The notes below the pieces were generated by a model, which searched no databases, was not told where the DNA came from, and worked only from the letters and a program-made list of their open reading frames with translations. A program made the translations under genes and the position numbers. Source: a virus (Duplodnaviria > Caudoviricetes). Taken from it: 24,929 nucleotides of DNA. The stretch spans positions 1 through 24,929 of the IMG/VR virus record IMGVR_UViG_3300044448_002809; one strand, 5' to 3'. Shown here one piece after another: positions 14,331 to 22,829 of this stretch; position 1 is the stretch's first letter; each line of letters begins with the position of its first letter.

Positions 14331-16019
14331 ATGGCAACATATAAAAGTAAGAAATCAATAGGAACATTAAATGCTTCAGTTAATTTATCCTATGGTGGTA
14401 AAAGCATAGTTAAAGCTTTGACCAGAGAATATGATGAGGTTTATGATATAAGAAAAACATTAGGAACTGCTGTAACACAATTAGTTGCTTTTAATACATC
14501 ACAAACATTTTTAGCAGGAACGTTAAAAGATTCTAAATGCTTACTTATTTGTAATGAAGGTGATGCTTCTGCTTTGATTCAGTTAAAGATGGCTCAATGG
14601 ACTACTACAGCAGGAAGTCATGCAGGGGCTTCAGCATCAAGGATAGTCCAATTAATGCTTCATGCAGGGGATTATATTGTATTACCTAATCTATATATGG
14701 TATTTTCTGATAGTTCAGTTCTAACAGCAATAAATGGTGATAATGATGGGTGTTCTAATGCTGTGCCAGATGCTAACCTATATGTTGATAGTGATGTAAA
14801 TACAGATGAAGCATTAGAAGATACTGATGACCATATTCATGTTGCAGATATAGCACCTTTTGAAGTTGGTGATTTGATACAGGTAGGCATAAATGCAACT
14901 ACAGCAACTCAGATAGAAGTGATGGAAGTTACATCTATAACAGATGATAGTGGAACAGATCAAGATAGTACAGGTATTTTAAATGTTAGAAGGGGATTGT
15001 TTGGAACATCTAAAGCAGATAAAGATTCACAAACAGATGTAAGTAATGGTGCTGTAAGTGGTGCTAATGTTCACTTTCCAATCTTTAATGAATATTATGA
15101 CCATGACAGGGCATTAAGTGGTAGTTCACAATTAATTCAAACTGATGCTAAAGGTAGATGGAAATCAAGAAACTTTTTTGGTAAAGGTAGAAGTGCAGAA
15201 GGAAATGATGCAGAACAAGGATTAGTTGCAGGTTCTATAGCATTGAAGTTCTATAAAAGTGCATATCAGGAGGTCAGTTTTGGTGGCACTACTTCTAATA
15301 TTTTAATTAATGCTAATACAGATTCTAAACTGACAGCTTCAACTGCTTATGCGTTTAATTTAACAATAGATGATTCAAGTGCAACTACTATTAGTTTTAC
15401 TACAGATTCAACTAATACTAACTTTGGTGGAACTAATGGAGTTATTACTAAAATACAAGATGCAATCAATACAGCAACACAGACTACAGGTGGTGGTTTA
15501 TATGGTTATTCTTGCACAGTATCTATAGTTAATGGAAGATTAAGATTTACATCTAATAGCCATTTAGCACCTCATGATGGAACAAATGGTTCTAAAATAT
15601 TATTAGCAGATGCAGGATCAGGAACTAATGTGTTTAGTGGTAGTGCAGGTATATTTCCAGATGATGCAGTAATAAATGCACCTGTAGAAGCAGTATTGCC
15701 TGATGATGAAATAATAGATACAAGAAGTGGAACAAGTTATGCTAACATAGATGATTTTATGTATGATGATGGATATGGTAAATTGATATATCAAGGTAAT
15801 GTAGTAGGTAGCATAGTGTATTTAACAGGTGCAATAGAATGGGAAATACCATCATTACCTAATGCACAGTTTGTTATATCAGCACATTATTCAGCAGCCT
15901 TCTCAGGTGGTCATCAATCAAATGGCAACTTAGCTACTGATAATGCTTTGAATGATATATTTGGATGTAGTGTTAATCCAAAACTAAATGCAGTAATTGG
16001 AATTTATACATTTAACTAA
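14331..16019 (+). CDS. large putative virion structural protein
   Basis: 562 aa, T/S/G/D-rich, with VRRGLFGT and DDGYGKL...GSIVYLTG segments reminiscent of phage structural proteins. Confidence 0.6.
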   Translation: MATYKSKKSIGTLNASVNLSYGGKSIVKALTREYDEVYDIRKTLGTAVTQLVAFNTSQTFLAGTLKDSKCLLICNEGDASALIQLKMAQWTTTAGSHAGASASRIVQLMLHAGDYIVLPNLYMVFSDSSVLTAINGDNDGCSNAVPDANLYVDSDVNTDEALEDTDDHIHVADIAPFEVGDLIQVGINATTATQIEVMEVTSITDDSGTDQDSTGILNVRRGLFGTSKADKDSQTDVSNGAVSGANVHFPIFNEYYDHDRALSGSSQLIQTDAKGRWKSRNFFGKGRSAEGNDAEQGLVAGSIALKFYKSAYQEVSFGGTTSNILINANTDSKLTASTAYAFNLTIDDSSATTISFTTDSTNTNFGGTNGVITKIQDAINTATQTTGGGLYGYSCTVSIVNGRLRFTSNSHLAPHDGTNGSKILLADAGSGTNVFSGSAGIFPDDAVINAPVEAVLPDDEIIDTRSGTSYANIDDFMYDDGYGKLIYQGNVVGSIVYLTGAIEWEIPSLPNAQFVISAHYSAAFSGGHQSNGNLATDNALNDIFGCSVNPKLNAVIGIYTFN

Positions 16020-16030
16020 AGGAGATAAAT

Positions 16031-16105
16031 ATGCCAAAAGGTAAAGGAACATATGGTAAAAAAGTTGGAAGACCTAAGAAAAAAATGAAAAGGAGAAAAC
16101 GTTGA
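16031..16105 (+). CDS. very basic micro-protein (not in ORF track)
   Basis: Hand-translated MPKGKGTYGKKVGRPKKKMKRRKR (24 aa). Strong AAGGAG SD. Confidence 0.75.
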   Translation: MPKGKGTYGKKVGRPKKKMKRRKR

Positions 16106-16106
16106 A

Positions 16107-16364
16107 ATGGCTAAATATAGAGGAAAATCAGTTAGATTAAATAAGCCTAGTCGTATAACTAAAGGTCAGCCTGGCTATGGTAGAAAAAAATTTAAAGTAT
16201 TTGTTAAAGCAGGTTCTAAGGTAAAAAAAGTTATGTTTGGTGATCCAAATATGAAAATAAGAAAATCTAGTCCAAAGGCAAGAGCATCATTTAGAGCTAG
16301 ACATAAATGCAGTAGTCCTGGACCGAAGACAAAAGCAAGATATTGGTCTTGCAAAAAATGGTAG
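16107..16364 (+). CDS. basic small phage protein
   Basis: 85 aa K/R-rich with FGDPNM...SFRARHKC...ARYWSCKKW, a pattern I recall from environmental phages. AAGGAG SD. Confidence 0.8.
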   Translation: MAKYRGKSVRLNKPSRITKGQPGYGRKKFKVFVKAGSKVKKVMFGDPNMKIRKSSPKARASFRARHKCSSPGPKTKARYWSCKKW

Positions 16365-16373
16365 GAGGTATTA

Positions 16374-17336
16374 ATGGCTATATCGTCAACTTATTGTACA
16401 CATAGAGATTTAAAAGATATATATCCCAATCTAGATGAGTTTGATGCTAAGACTCCTATATATGGCTGGGCAGAAGTATCAACTAATAAATATGCCGCTC
16501 ATAATAGTGGCTTAGTTACTCAGTTATTTGTTAATGGAGAAGATTTAGGTCCGGCACAATCTGCACATACTGATTTAAATGTTGAGGGAGAATGGTTTTA
16601 TAACTCATCAGAAGATGTTTGCTATTATTATTCGGCAAGTACTCCTCTAGATAAGTTAGTAGAAGCAGGTGAAGAGTTCTCAACACTAATAACTAGAATT
16701 ATGAAAAATGCTTCACGTTATGTTGATTCTCGTATTGATGCTGGTGTTCCAAGGGATGCTTTTAAAGATAAAGAGGGTAACTATGATTATTTTCTTATAC
16801 GGACAGCCTCTCTTATTTCTATATATTTTCTTATAAACTCTCATAATCCAGGATCCGATGTAGCAGAAAAGTTCTTAGCAGAGGCAAATTTTAATATAAA
16901 TCAAATTAATGATGGTAAAACAAAATTATCATATCAAGTAACAGGTGACTCTGCAGGTGGAGTTGTTAGAGAAGTAACCTCTCCACAGGCAGGAAGTCCT
17001 TTATACATAGTAGATACTAGAGGAAGATATACAGGTGTATATGACTTAATGAAGATTGTAATAACTACAGCAGGTGCTATAGGAGTTGCTAAATTTGATG
17101 TATATCATGGAGATGATACAGGTTTAAAGAAAAATAAAGTAGTAGATGCAGAACTTATTACAGGAGATTATCAATCTATAGGAGGTGGTCTACAGGTAAG
17201 ATTTTCAGGTAGTACAGACGCATCAGTTGCTACAGTTAACGATGAATGGGAATTAGAATGTTGGGGTCAATATGAATCTCTAGATGATTCTCCTGGTAGT
17301 GGTACAAATACTAGGTTGACTCGTAGAACTTATTAG
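16374..17336 (+). CDS. head-tail adaptor-like protein with extra domains
   Basis: N-terminal YCT..DL and ASRYVDSRI helix typical of SPP1 gp15/Mu gp36-like adaptors. Upstream of the tail genes, AGGAGG SD. Confidence 0.6.
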   Translation: MAISSTYCTHRDLKDIYPNLDEFDAKTPIYGWAEVSTNKYAAHNSGLVTQLFVNGEDLGPAQSAHTDLNVEGEWFYNSSEDVCYYYSASTPLDKLVEAGEEFSTLITRIMKNASRYVDSRIDAGVPRDAFKDKEGNYDYFLIRTASLISIYFLINSHNPGSDVAEKFLAEANFNINQINDGKTKLSYQVTGDSAGGVVREVTSPQAGSPLYIVDTRGRYTGVYDLMKIVITTAGAIGVAKFDVYHGDDTGLKKNKVVDAELITGDYQSIGGGLQVRFSGSTDASVATVNDEWELECWGQYESLDDSPGSGTNTRLTRRTY

Positions 17337-17345
17337 GGTTAAATT

Positions 17346-17780
17346 ATGCCTACAACTTTTACAAACAATTGGAAGAATATACTAGATAAACTAGAAAGCA
17401 CTATTAGGACTGAGTTTAAAAATACTCTACCTACTTATAGAGGCTTTGATAATGATCCAGCAGGTTCTCAGTATTTAAGGTTAATACCTGTATCTAGTAT
17501 TTTAATAGATTATAATGCAACATCAGAGACAAGGGAGTTTTCTATAAATATGATGCTACATTTCAAGAGTGCAAATATAAAAGAAACTGCATTAGACCAT
17601 ATTCTTAGGTTGGTTTCAAGATTAGAGTCTTTAATTGTAGATAATATATCTATGACCCTTTCTGATAATAGTAGCGTTTTCAATGCAAGAATTGATTCAA
17701 CAGTATTTGATTCAAGTAGATCAGAAGAAAATATAATTTCTTTTGATTATAAATGTCAACACTTAGGCAATGTATCATAA
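17346..17780 (+). CDS. putative tail terminator/completion protein
   Basis: 144 aa with an alpha/beta pattern and the expected position just before the tail tube gene. Confidence 0.55.
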   Translation: MPTTFTNNWKNILDKLESTIRTEFKNTLPTYRGFDNDPAGSQYLRLIPVSSILIDYNATSETREFSINMMLHFKSANIKETALDHILRLVSRLESLIVDNISMTLSDNSSVFNARIDSTVFDSSRSEENIISFDYKCQHLGNVS

Positions 17781-17796
17781 GGAGAAACATGAAACC

Positions 17797-17994
17797 ATGA
17801 AAATAAAAATAAAAGATAAAAAGGTATCACTTCCTAATGCATGGAAGCAATGTGGATTATCATTAAAGGAATGGGAGGAACTTCAAAATGGAAAGACAGT
17901 AGAGGTAACTTCTATTACTGAAGCAATAAAAAATTTAGTTGATGTTGAAGAGTCAATATCAAAACCAAAACCAAAAACACAAGGAGGTAAATAA
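17797..17994 (+). CDS. small hypothetical protein
   Basis: Start revised to MKIKIKD (17797), downstream of AAGGAG. TAATG coupling to the tail tube gene. Confidence 0.6.
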   Translation: MKIKIKDKKVSLPNAWKQCGLSLKEWEELQNGKTVEVTSITEAIKNLVDVEESISKPKPKTQGGK

Positions 17995-18995
17995 TGGCTA
18001 AAGTCGCACAGGCTTTTTCTCCCAAAGAGTGGACTTGTTGGGTAATATCTGATTCTTCTGATTCAGGAACAACAGGTATACATACAAGCAATATGTTGCA
18101 ATTAGATGTTGACTCTATAGGTTTTCCTAGTCTAAATGTAACACAGGCACTAGATGTAAGAAACGGAGTTGGAGCAACATTAAAAGATGAGGATTTTTTC
18201 CAGGATAATAAAATGAGAGTTGTAGAACTTTCTCTATCAGGAACACTACATGATGATACAGGACATAGATTATTATTAGCAAATATTTGTGGAGCCGCAC
18301 AGGCAGATGATACAAATCAAACTATTGCTCATAATCATAAAATAGTATCTCATAATTATGGAGCTTCAGTAACAAACAATGCATCTTCTTTGACTATTGC
18401 ATTACGACCATCAGCTATGACTAATGCAACAACATTAGAAATGTCAGGTATGGTTGTGACTAACTTTACAATATCATCAGATATGGGAACAGAAGGTGGA
18501 AGATATAAGTTTTCTGCTACGTTACAATCAGGCTATCTTCCAGATTTAGACGATGCAACACTTGCAGGAGCATCAGGTTATGTTAATACTGATACAGCTA
18601 TTCTGTCTGCATCAAGTGGTCATAAGGTACTTAATACTGATGTAGTTATGAACTCTTTTTCTTGTACAATAGATTATCCTGCAGTTTTTAGTGGAGCTAC
18701 ATCAACAGGATTTGAGACTGTAAGCAGAGGAGCAGAATGCTCTGTAACTGTAGACACCTCAGTTAAATATGATGACAATACCAAGGGGTTTGTAAATAGC
18801 TTTGATACTCAAACAGCTGCAAATAATGGGAATACCTTTGTTGTTGTTAATAATGGAAAATTTGGCTTAGAGGTAAGTGATGGAGTTTTAACTAATGTGG
18901 CTTATAGTGAGGGTGATATAATGATGCTTGATTGCTCAATAAAAGCAGTTAGTGATGGTTCTAGCGATTTACTTACAGTTGATTTAAGTAATTAA
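17994..18995 (+). CDS. major tail (tube) protein
   Basis: 333 aa S/T-rich beta protein with AGGAGG SD, directly upstream of the chaperone and tape measure genes. Confidence 0.75.
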   Translation: MAKVAQAFSPKEWTCWVISDSSDSGTTGIHTSNMLQLDVDSIGFPSLNVTQALDVRNGVGATLKDEDFFQDNKMRVVELSLSGTLHDDTGHRLLLANICGAAQADDTNQTIAHNHKIVSHNYGASVTNNASSLTIALRPSAMTNATTLEMSGMVVTNFTISSDMGTEGGRYKFSATLQSGYLPDLDDATLAGASGYVNTDTAILSASSGHKVLNTDVVMNSFSCTIDYPAVFSGATSTGFETVSRGAECSVTVDTSVKYDDNTKGFVNSFDTQTAANNGNTFVVVNNGKFGLEVSDGVLTNVAYSEGDIMMLDCSIKAVSDGSSDLLTVDLSN

Positions 18996-19015
18996 TAACT
19001 AACTAGGAGTATAGA

Positions 19016-19321
19016 ATGAAAAAAACCGTAGAATTATCTTCCAAAAGGAAGGTTGATATAAAAGATATGGATATTGATGATATTGACTTTTGTCAGGATG
19101 TAGCAATAATGAAATATAATGGTAATGAAATGTCTCATATTGAGAATCTATCTAAAAGTCGTACTGCATGGTTAAGACGAGGCATTGTAGGTGGGGATTT
19201 TAAAAACTTTAGTACTAATGAAGATGGATATATTTCTGACAAGGTAATAAAACAGCTAAATGAGACTGAAAAAAATGAATTAGTTAAATTAATTCAGGAA
19301 TACCAAAGTCTGGGGGAATAG
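19016..19321 (+). CDS. tail assembly chaperone (lambda gpG analogue)
   Basis: Lies between tail tube and tape measure and ends CTG GGG GAA TAG (LGE*). Confidence 0.8.
   Translation: MKKTVELSSKRKVDIKDMDIDDIDFCQDVAIMKYNGNEMSHIENLSKSRTAWLRRGIVGGDFKNFSTNEDGYISDKVIKQLNETEKNELVKLIQEYQSLGE
19312..19318 (+). other. -1 programmed ribosomal frameshift site GGGGGAA
   Basis: The -1 frame GGG GGA ATA GAA TCC CTC ATG is open into the 19330 ORF. Canonical position for the G/GT frameshift. Confidence 0.75.
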
Positions 19322-19329
19322 AATCCCTC

Positions 19330-19770
19330 ATGCTTTCACTAAACGTTCTTATAGACGATTGGTGTGAGGGTTGTGATAAGCATAGTTATCCCTATAAGTC
19401 TCAAGTTCCTATATCTGGATTAAAATCTAGAGTTTTTAAATCTGATCAAGATGTTTTTGATGTGATTAAACTCTTAATAAAAGAAACCAAGGAGATTAAT
19501 TTGGCTATGGGTAAAAACTTTGATATTTCATCTTCAATATATAAGCAATTACCTCATTTTGCTTGTATAAATATTGCTTTAAATTCAAAATTTCAAAAAG
19601 ATATTTCTAAATATTTATATTGTCAAAAGTTCAATATTCCTGCTTATAAGGGAACTTATGGAGATCAGCCTTATAAATGGATTCAAAAATGTAATATAAT
19701 AGAATCTTCTATAAATAAGAGAAATGATATGTTGAGAAAAAAAGCAGAATTGGAGGTAAAGAATGGCTGA
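19330..19770 (+). CDS. tail assembly chaperone C-terminal part (gpT analogue), probably made by frameshift
   Basis: In the -1 frame relative to 19016-19321 and overlapping the tape measure start. Confidence 0.7.
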   Translation: MLSLNVLIDDWCEGCDKHSYPYKSQVPISGLKSRVFKSDQDVFDVIKLLIKETKEINLAMGKNFDISSSIYKQLPHFACINIALNSKFQKDISKYLYCQKFNIPAYKGTYGDQPYKWIQKCNIIESSINKRNDMLRKKAELEVKNG

Positions 19771-22456
19771 TGAATTTAAAAAAACGAGCCAAGAAGTAGC
19801 TTCTGAGATTATAAGAGAATTAAATAAAAAGAAAAAAGCTCGGAAAGAAGTTACAGCTGCTACTGATAAAGATACTGTTTCTACTAAAAAAAATACTGAT
19901 GCTAAAGAGAAGCAAGTAAATGCTATAAAAGAATTAAATGTAACCTTAGGAGATCAGGCACAGTCACTTTTAAATTTAGCAATACTTGAAAAGCAAGATG
20001 CAAAAAAAGCTCGTCAAGAATACCTTGAACAAACTAGGATTCTTCATCAAACTCAACAGGATTTAATTGCTCAACAAAAAAGAGAAAAAATTGAACTAGC
20101 AAAGACAACACAAGCTAGAAAAACTAATAAGCAAGAAATTATAGACCAAGAAAAAGTTAGGAAGCAAGAACTTGCCGAACTTAAAAAAGCAATTATAAAC
20201 AGAAAAAGACAAGCAAGTGTATTAGAAAGAATACTGCTTCTTAATAAAAAACTTGCTGACAGTCAAATACTTGGAGTAAGAAATCAAAGAAATTTAAACT
20301 TTTCATTATCAAGATTTCGTTCACAACTTTTAATTGCATCATTTGGTATTGCAACCTTACAAAAACTTACAAATACTCTTGTTGGTGAATATGCAGATTA
20401 TGAAGCAGCACAAAATAGAGTTAACTCTACATTAAAATCTACAGGTTTTGCATCCTTGCAAACTGTTAAATCATTATCTAATCTATCAAGTGAAATTCAA
20501 AAAACAACAGGTGTAAGTGATACTTTAATTCTTAATTCTTCTGCACTACTTGCTACTTTTACTCAAATCTCTGGTGAAACTTTTCCTGAAGCACAAAAAG
20601 CAATAGTTGATATGACTGCTGCTATGAATGCAGGAAACATAACACAAGAAGGTTTAAAATCTTCAACTATTCAACTTGGTAAGGCTTTAAATAATCCTAT
20701 TAAAGGATTAACTGCTCTTAGTCGTGTTGGTGTTAGGTTTACATCACAACAAAAAGAACAAATAAAAACTCTTGTTAACTCTGGAAAAGTTACTGAGGCA
20801 CAAGCAGTTATATTAGCAGAATTAAATAAAGAATTTGGTGGAAGTGCATCTGCTGATACATATGAAAAATCTTTAAGATCATTTGAATCTGCTGTAGGCG
20901 ATTTGCAAAAAGAAATAGGTGTTGCATTATTGCCAACTATAAAAAGAATAGTTGATAGTTTAGCAGAATTTATTTCAAAGGCTGATCCTGCCACAATGGC
21001 TAGATATGCCACATCTATAGGTATTGTAGCAAGTAATTTTATGGCTCTAAGAAAAGCAGTACTTTTAGTAAATTCCGCAATGTTACAAGGAGTATCTGCA
21101 ACTGTAGCACTAAGGACAGCGTTATTTTCAATGACCAAGGGAGGAATCGTTGGTTTAGCATTAGTAGGATTAACATTTCTGTCTGAAAAAGTATTAGAAT
21201 TATTTGGTGTATTTGATAATTTAGGTGGAGGTGTTCAGAGAGCTACTAATAGATTTATAGATTTAAATAATGCTGTGGTAACGATGTTTCCTGGATTAGG
21301 AAGCCTTCCTATGCATATTTCAGCATCAGAAGAGGGTCTTGACAAGCTAGATAAAGTTACAGGAAGTAATGTAAACTCATTGCGTGATCTTGAATCTCAA
21401 TTAGAAAATTTAAATAATGAATATGATGATTTTCTTAAATTTGGTGGTGCTGGTGGTGGTGACTCTGAAGCAATATATGAACAACAAATTCAAAATATTT
21501 TAAATTTAATAGCTGCACATGAAGAAGAACTCTTAACGATAGAAATACTTCGTGGCAAGATATTAGAATATTTAGATGCTAGAGATAAAGGAAATGAACA
21601 AACAACATCTGAAGAAATAGACAAGTTAACTAAAAAATATCAAGATCAGGTAACTGTATTAAAACAAGTAAATGAAGTAAATAGAGAATTAACAAAAATT
21701 GCTTTAGAACAAGGTCTAGGAAAAGACACTTTAATAAATGCATTAGAAGATGAAGAATCAGACTATCATGATTTAGCAACAGCAATAAAAGAATCAATTG
21801 AATTAAAAAGACAAGAAGCTAATGAAAATAAATTTCTAGCAGAGTCTATGTCATTCTTAACAGGAATGCTTTCTTCTGAATCTCAAATTCAGCAAGAAAT
21901 AATGAGACAGGATATTGAAAATGTTAGAAATACATCTAAGTTTAAACTTGCTCAAAAACGTGGTGATGAAGAAGCAATGTTAAAGATGGAAAAAGATGCT
22001 GCTAAAAAAAGTTTTGCTTCAAGAAAAGCAACATTTATTGCTGGAAAAGCATTGGCTGCAGCAGATGTAGTTATAAAATATCAACAGGCAATAGCAAAAG
22101 GTTTTGCAGATGGCGGAGCTGTATTTGGTATTCCACTTGCTCTTGCTATGAAGGCACAAATGGCTATGTCTTTGGCACTTATTGCAAAACAAGCATTTAC
22201 AGAGATGCCTAAATTTGCAAAAGGTGGAGACTTTGTTACTAGCGGTCCTCAAATGATTATGGTTGGAGATAATCCTGGAGGTAGAGAACGTGTTCAAGTT
22301 ACACCTCTTTCATCTCCAAATATTGCTGGTCCACAAGGTGCTTCAGTAACAGTAAACGTTTCAGGAAATGTTTTATCTCAAGATTTTGTAGAAGGAGAAT
22401 TAGCAGAACAGATTAAAGATGCTATAAGAAGAGGAACAGATTTTGGAATCAATTAA
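19763..22456 (+). CDS. tail tape measure protein
   Basis: 897 aa, helical and A/L/K-rich, with QLGKALNNPIKGLTALSRVGV and C-terminal FAKGG...VGDNPGGRE motifs. Confidence 0.92.
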   Translation: MADEFKKTSQEVASEIIRELNKKKKARKEVTAATDKDTVSTKKNTDAKEKQVNAIKELNVTLGDQAQSLLNLAILEKQDAKKARQEYLEQTRILHQTQQDLIAQQKREKIELAKTTQARKTNKQEIIDQEKVRKQELAELKKAIINRKRQASVLERILLLNKKLADSQILGVRNQRNLNFSLSRFRSQLLIASFGIATLQKLTNTLVGEYADYEAAQNRVNSTLKSTGFASLQTVKSLSNLSSEIQKTTGVSDTLILNSSALLATFTQISGETFPEAQKAIVDMTAAMNAGNITQEGLKSSTIQLGKALNNPIKGLTALSRVGVRFTSQQKEQIKTLVNSGKVTEAQAVILAELNKEFGGSASADTYEKSLRSFESAVGDLQKEIGVALLPTIKRIVDSLAEFISKADPATMARYATSIGIVASNFMALRKAVLLVNSAMLQGVSATVALRTALFSMTKGGIVGLALVGLTFLSEKVLELFGVFDNLGGGVQRATNRFIDLNNAVVTMFPGLGSLPMHISASEEGLDKLDKVTGSNVNSLRDLESQLENLNNEYDDFLKFGGAGGGDSEAIYEQQIQNILNLIAAHEEELLTIEILRGKILEYLDARDKGNEQTTSEEIDKLTKKYQDQVTVLKQVNEVNRELTKIALEQGLGKDTLINALEDEESDYHDLATAIKESIELKRQEANENKFLAESMSFLTGMLSSESQIQQEIMRQDIENVRNTSKFKLAQKRGDEEAMLKMEKDAAKKSFASRKATFIAGKALAAADVVIKYQQAIAKGFADGGAVFGIPLALAMKAQMAMSLALIAKQAFTEMPKFAKGGDFVTSGPQMIMVGDNPGGRERVQVTPLSSPNIAGPQGASVTVNVSGNVLSQDFVEGELAEQIKDAIRRGTDFGIN

Positions 22457-22829
22457 ACAACTATTTCAAGTATTTACAAATAAAGAATTATTTATTGAAT
22501 GGTTACTTGCTGTTAATATTTCTATTGGTAGAAAATTAGTAAATAAAAAAACACAATTAGAGGCAAATAGATATGTTCAAAATAATAGAGATATTGATTT
22601 AAGAGTAGCACCAGAGTCAGTAAAATCTAATATATTATATGATGCAGATGTATTACAAGCTAGATGGGAAACTTGTATTGGCTGTGAATTTTTTACAGAA
22701 GATGAGAGATGTTCTGATTGTGGATGTTGGATGAAGCCAAAACACAAATTAAAACACGCTTTTTGTACTAAAGGCAAGTGGGGAAAATATATAAACGAGG
22801 AGAATAATGGCATTACAGTTACCGCTTAA
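22443..22829 (+). CDS. Cys-rich putative metal-binding protein (DUF6171-like C-terminus)
   Basis: RWETCIGC...RCSDCGCWM..K......CTKGKW. TTG start with AGAGGA upstream. Confidence 0.6.
   Translation: MESIKQLFQVFTNKELFIEWLLAVNISIGRKLVNKKTQLEANRYVQNNRDIDLRVAPESVKSNILYDADVLQARWETCIGCEFFTEDERCSDCGCWMKPKHKLKHAFCTKGKWGKYINEENNGITVTA

Noticed and set aside
17789-17800. Minigene ATG AAA CCA TGA overlapping the 17797 start
   Set aside because: It could be a simple local duplication of CATGAAA. There is no evidence of function.
9687-21456. E. coli Chi-like GCTGGTGG at about 9687 and 21449
   Set aside because: Only two copies, both explained by Ala-Gly-Gly codons.
10388-22813. ORFs 10388-10570, 10441-10734, 12777-12974, 13880-14074, 18127-18315, 20671-21138, 22019-22297 and 22577-22813
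   Set aside because: Off-frame or antisense shadows inside well-supported plus-strand genes.
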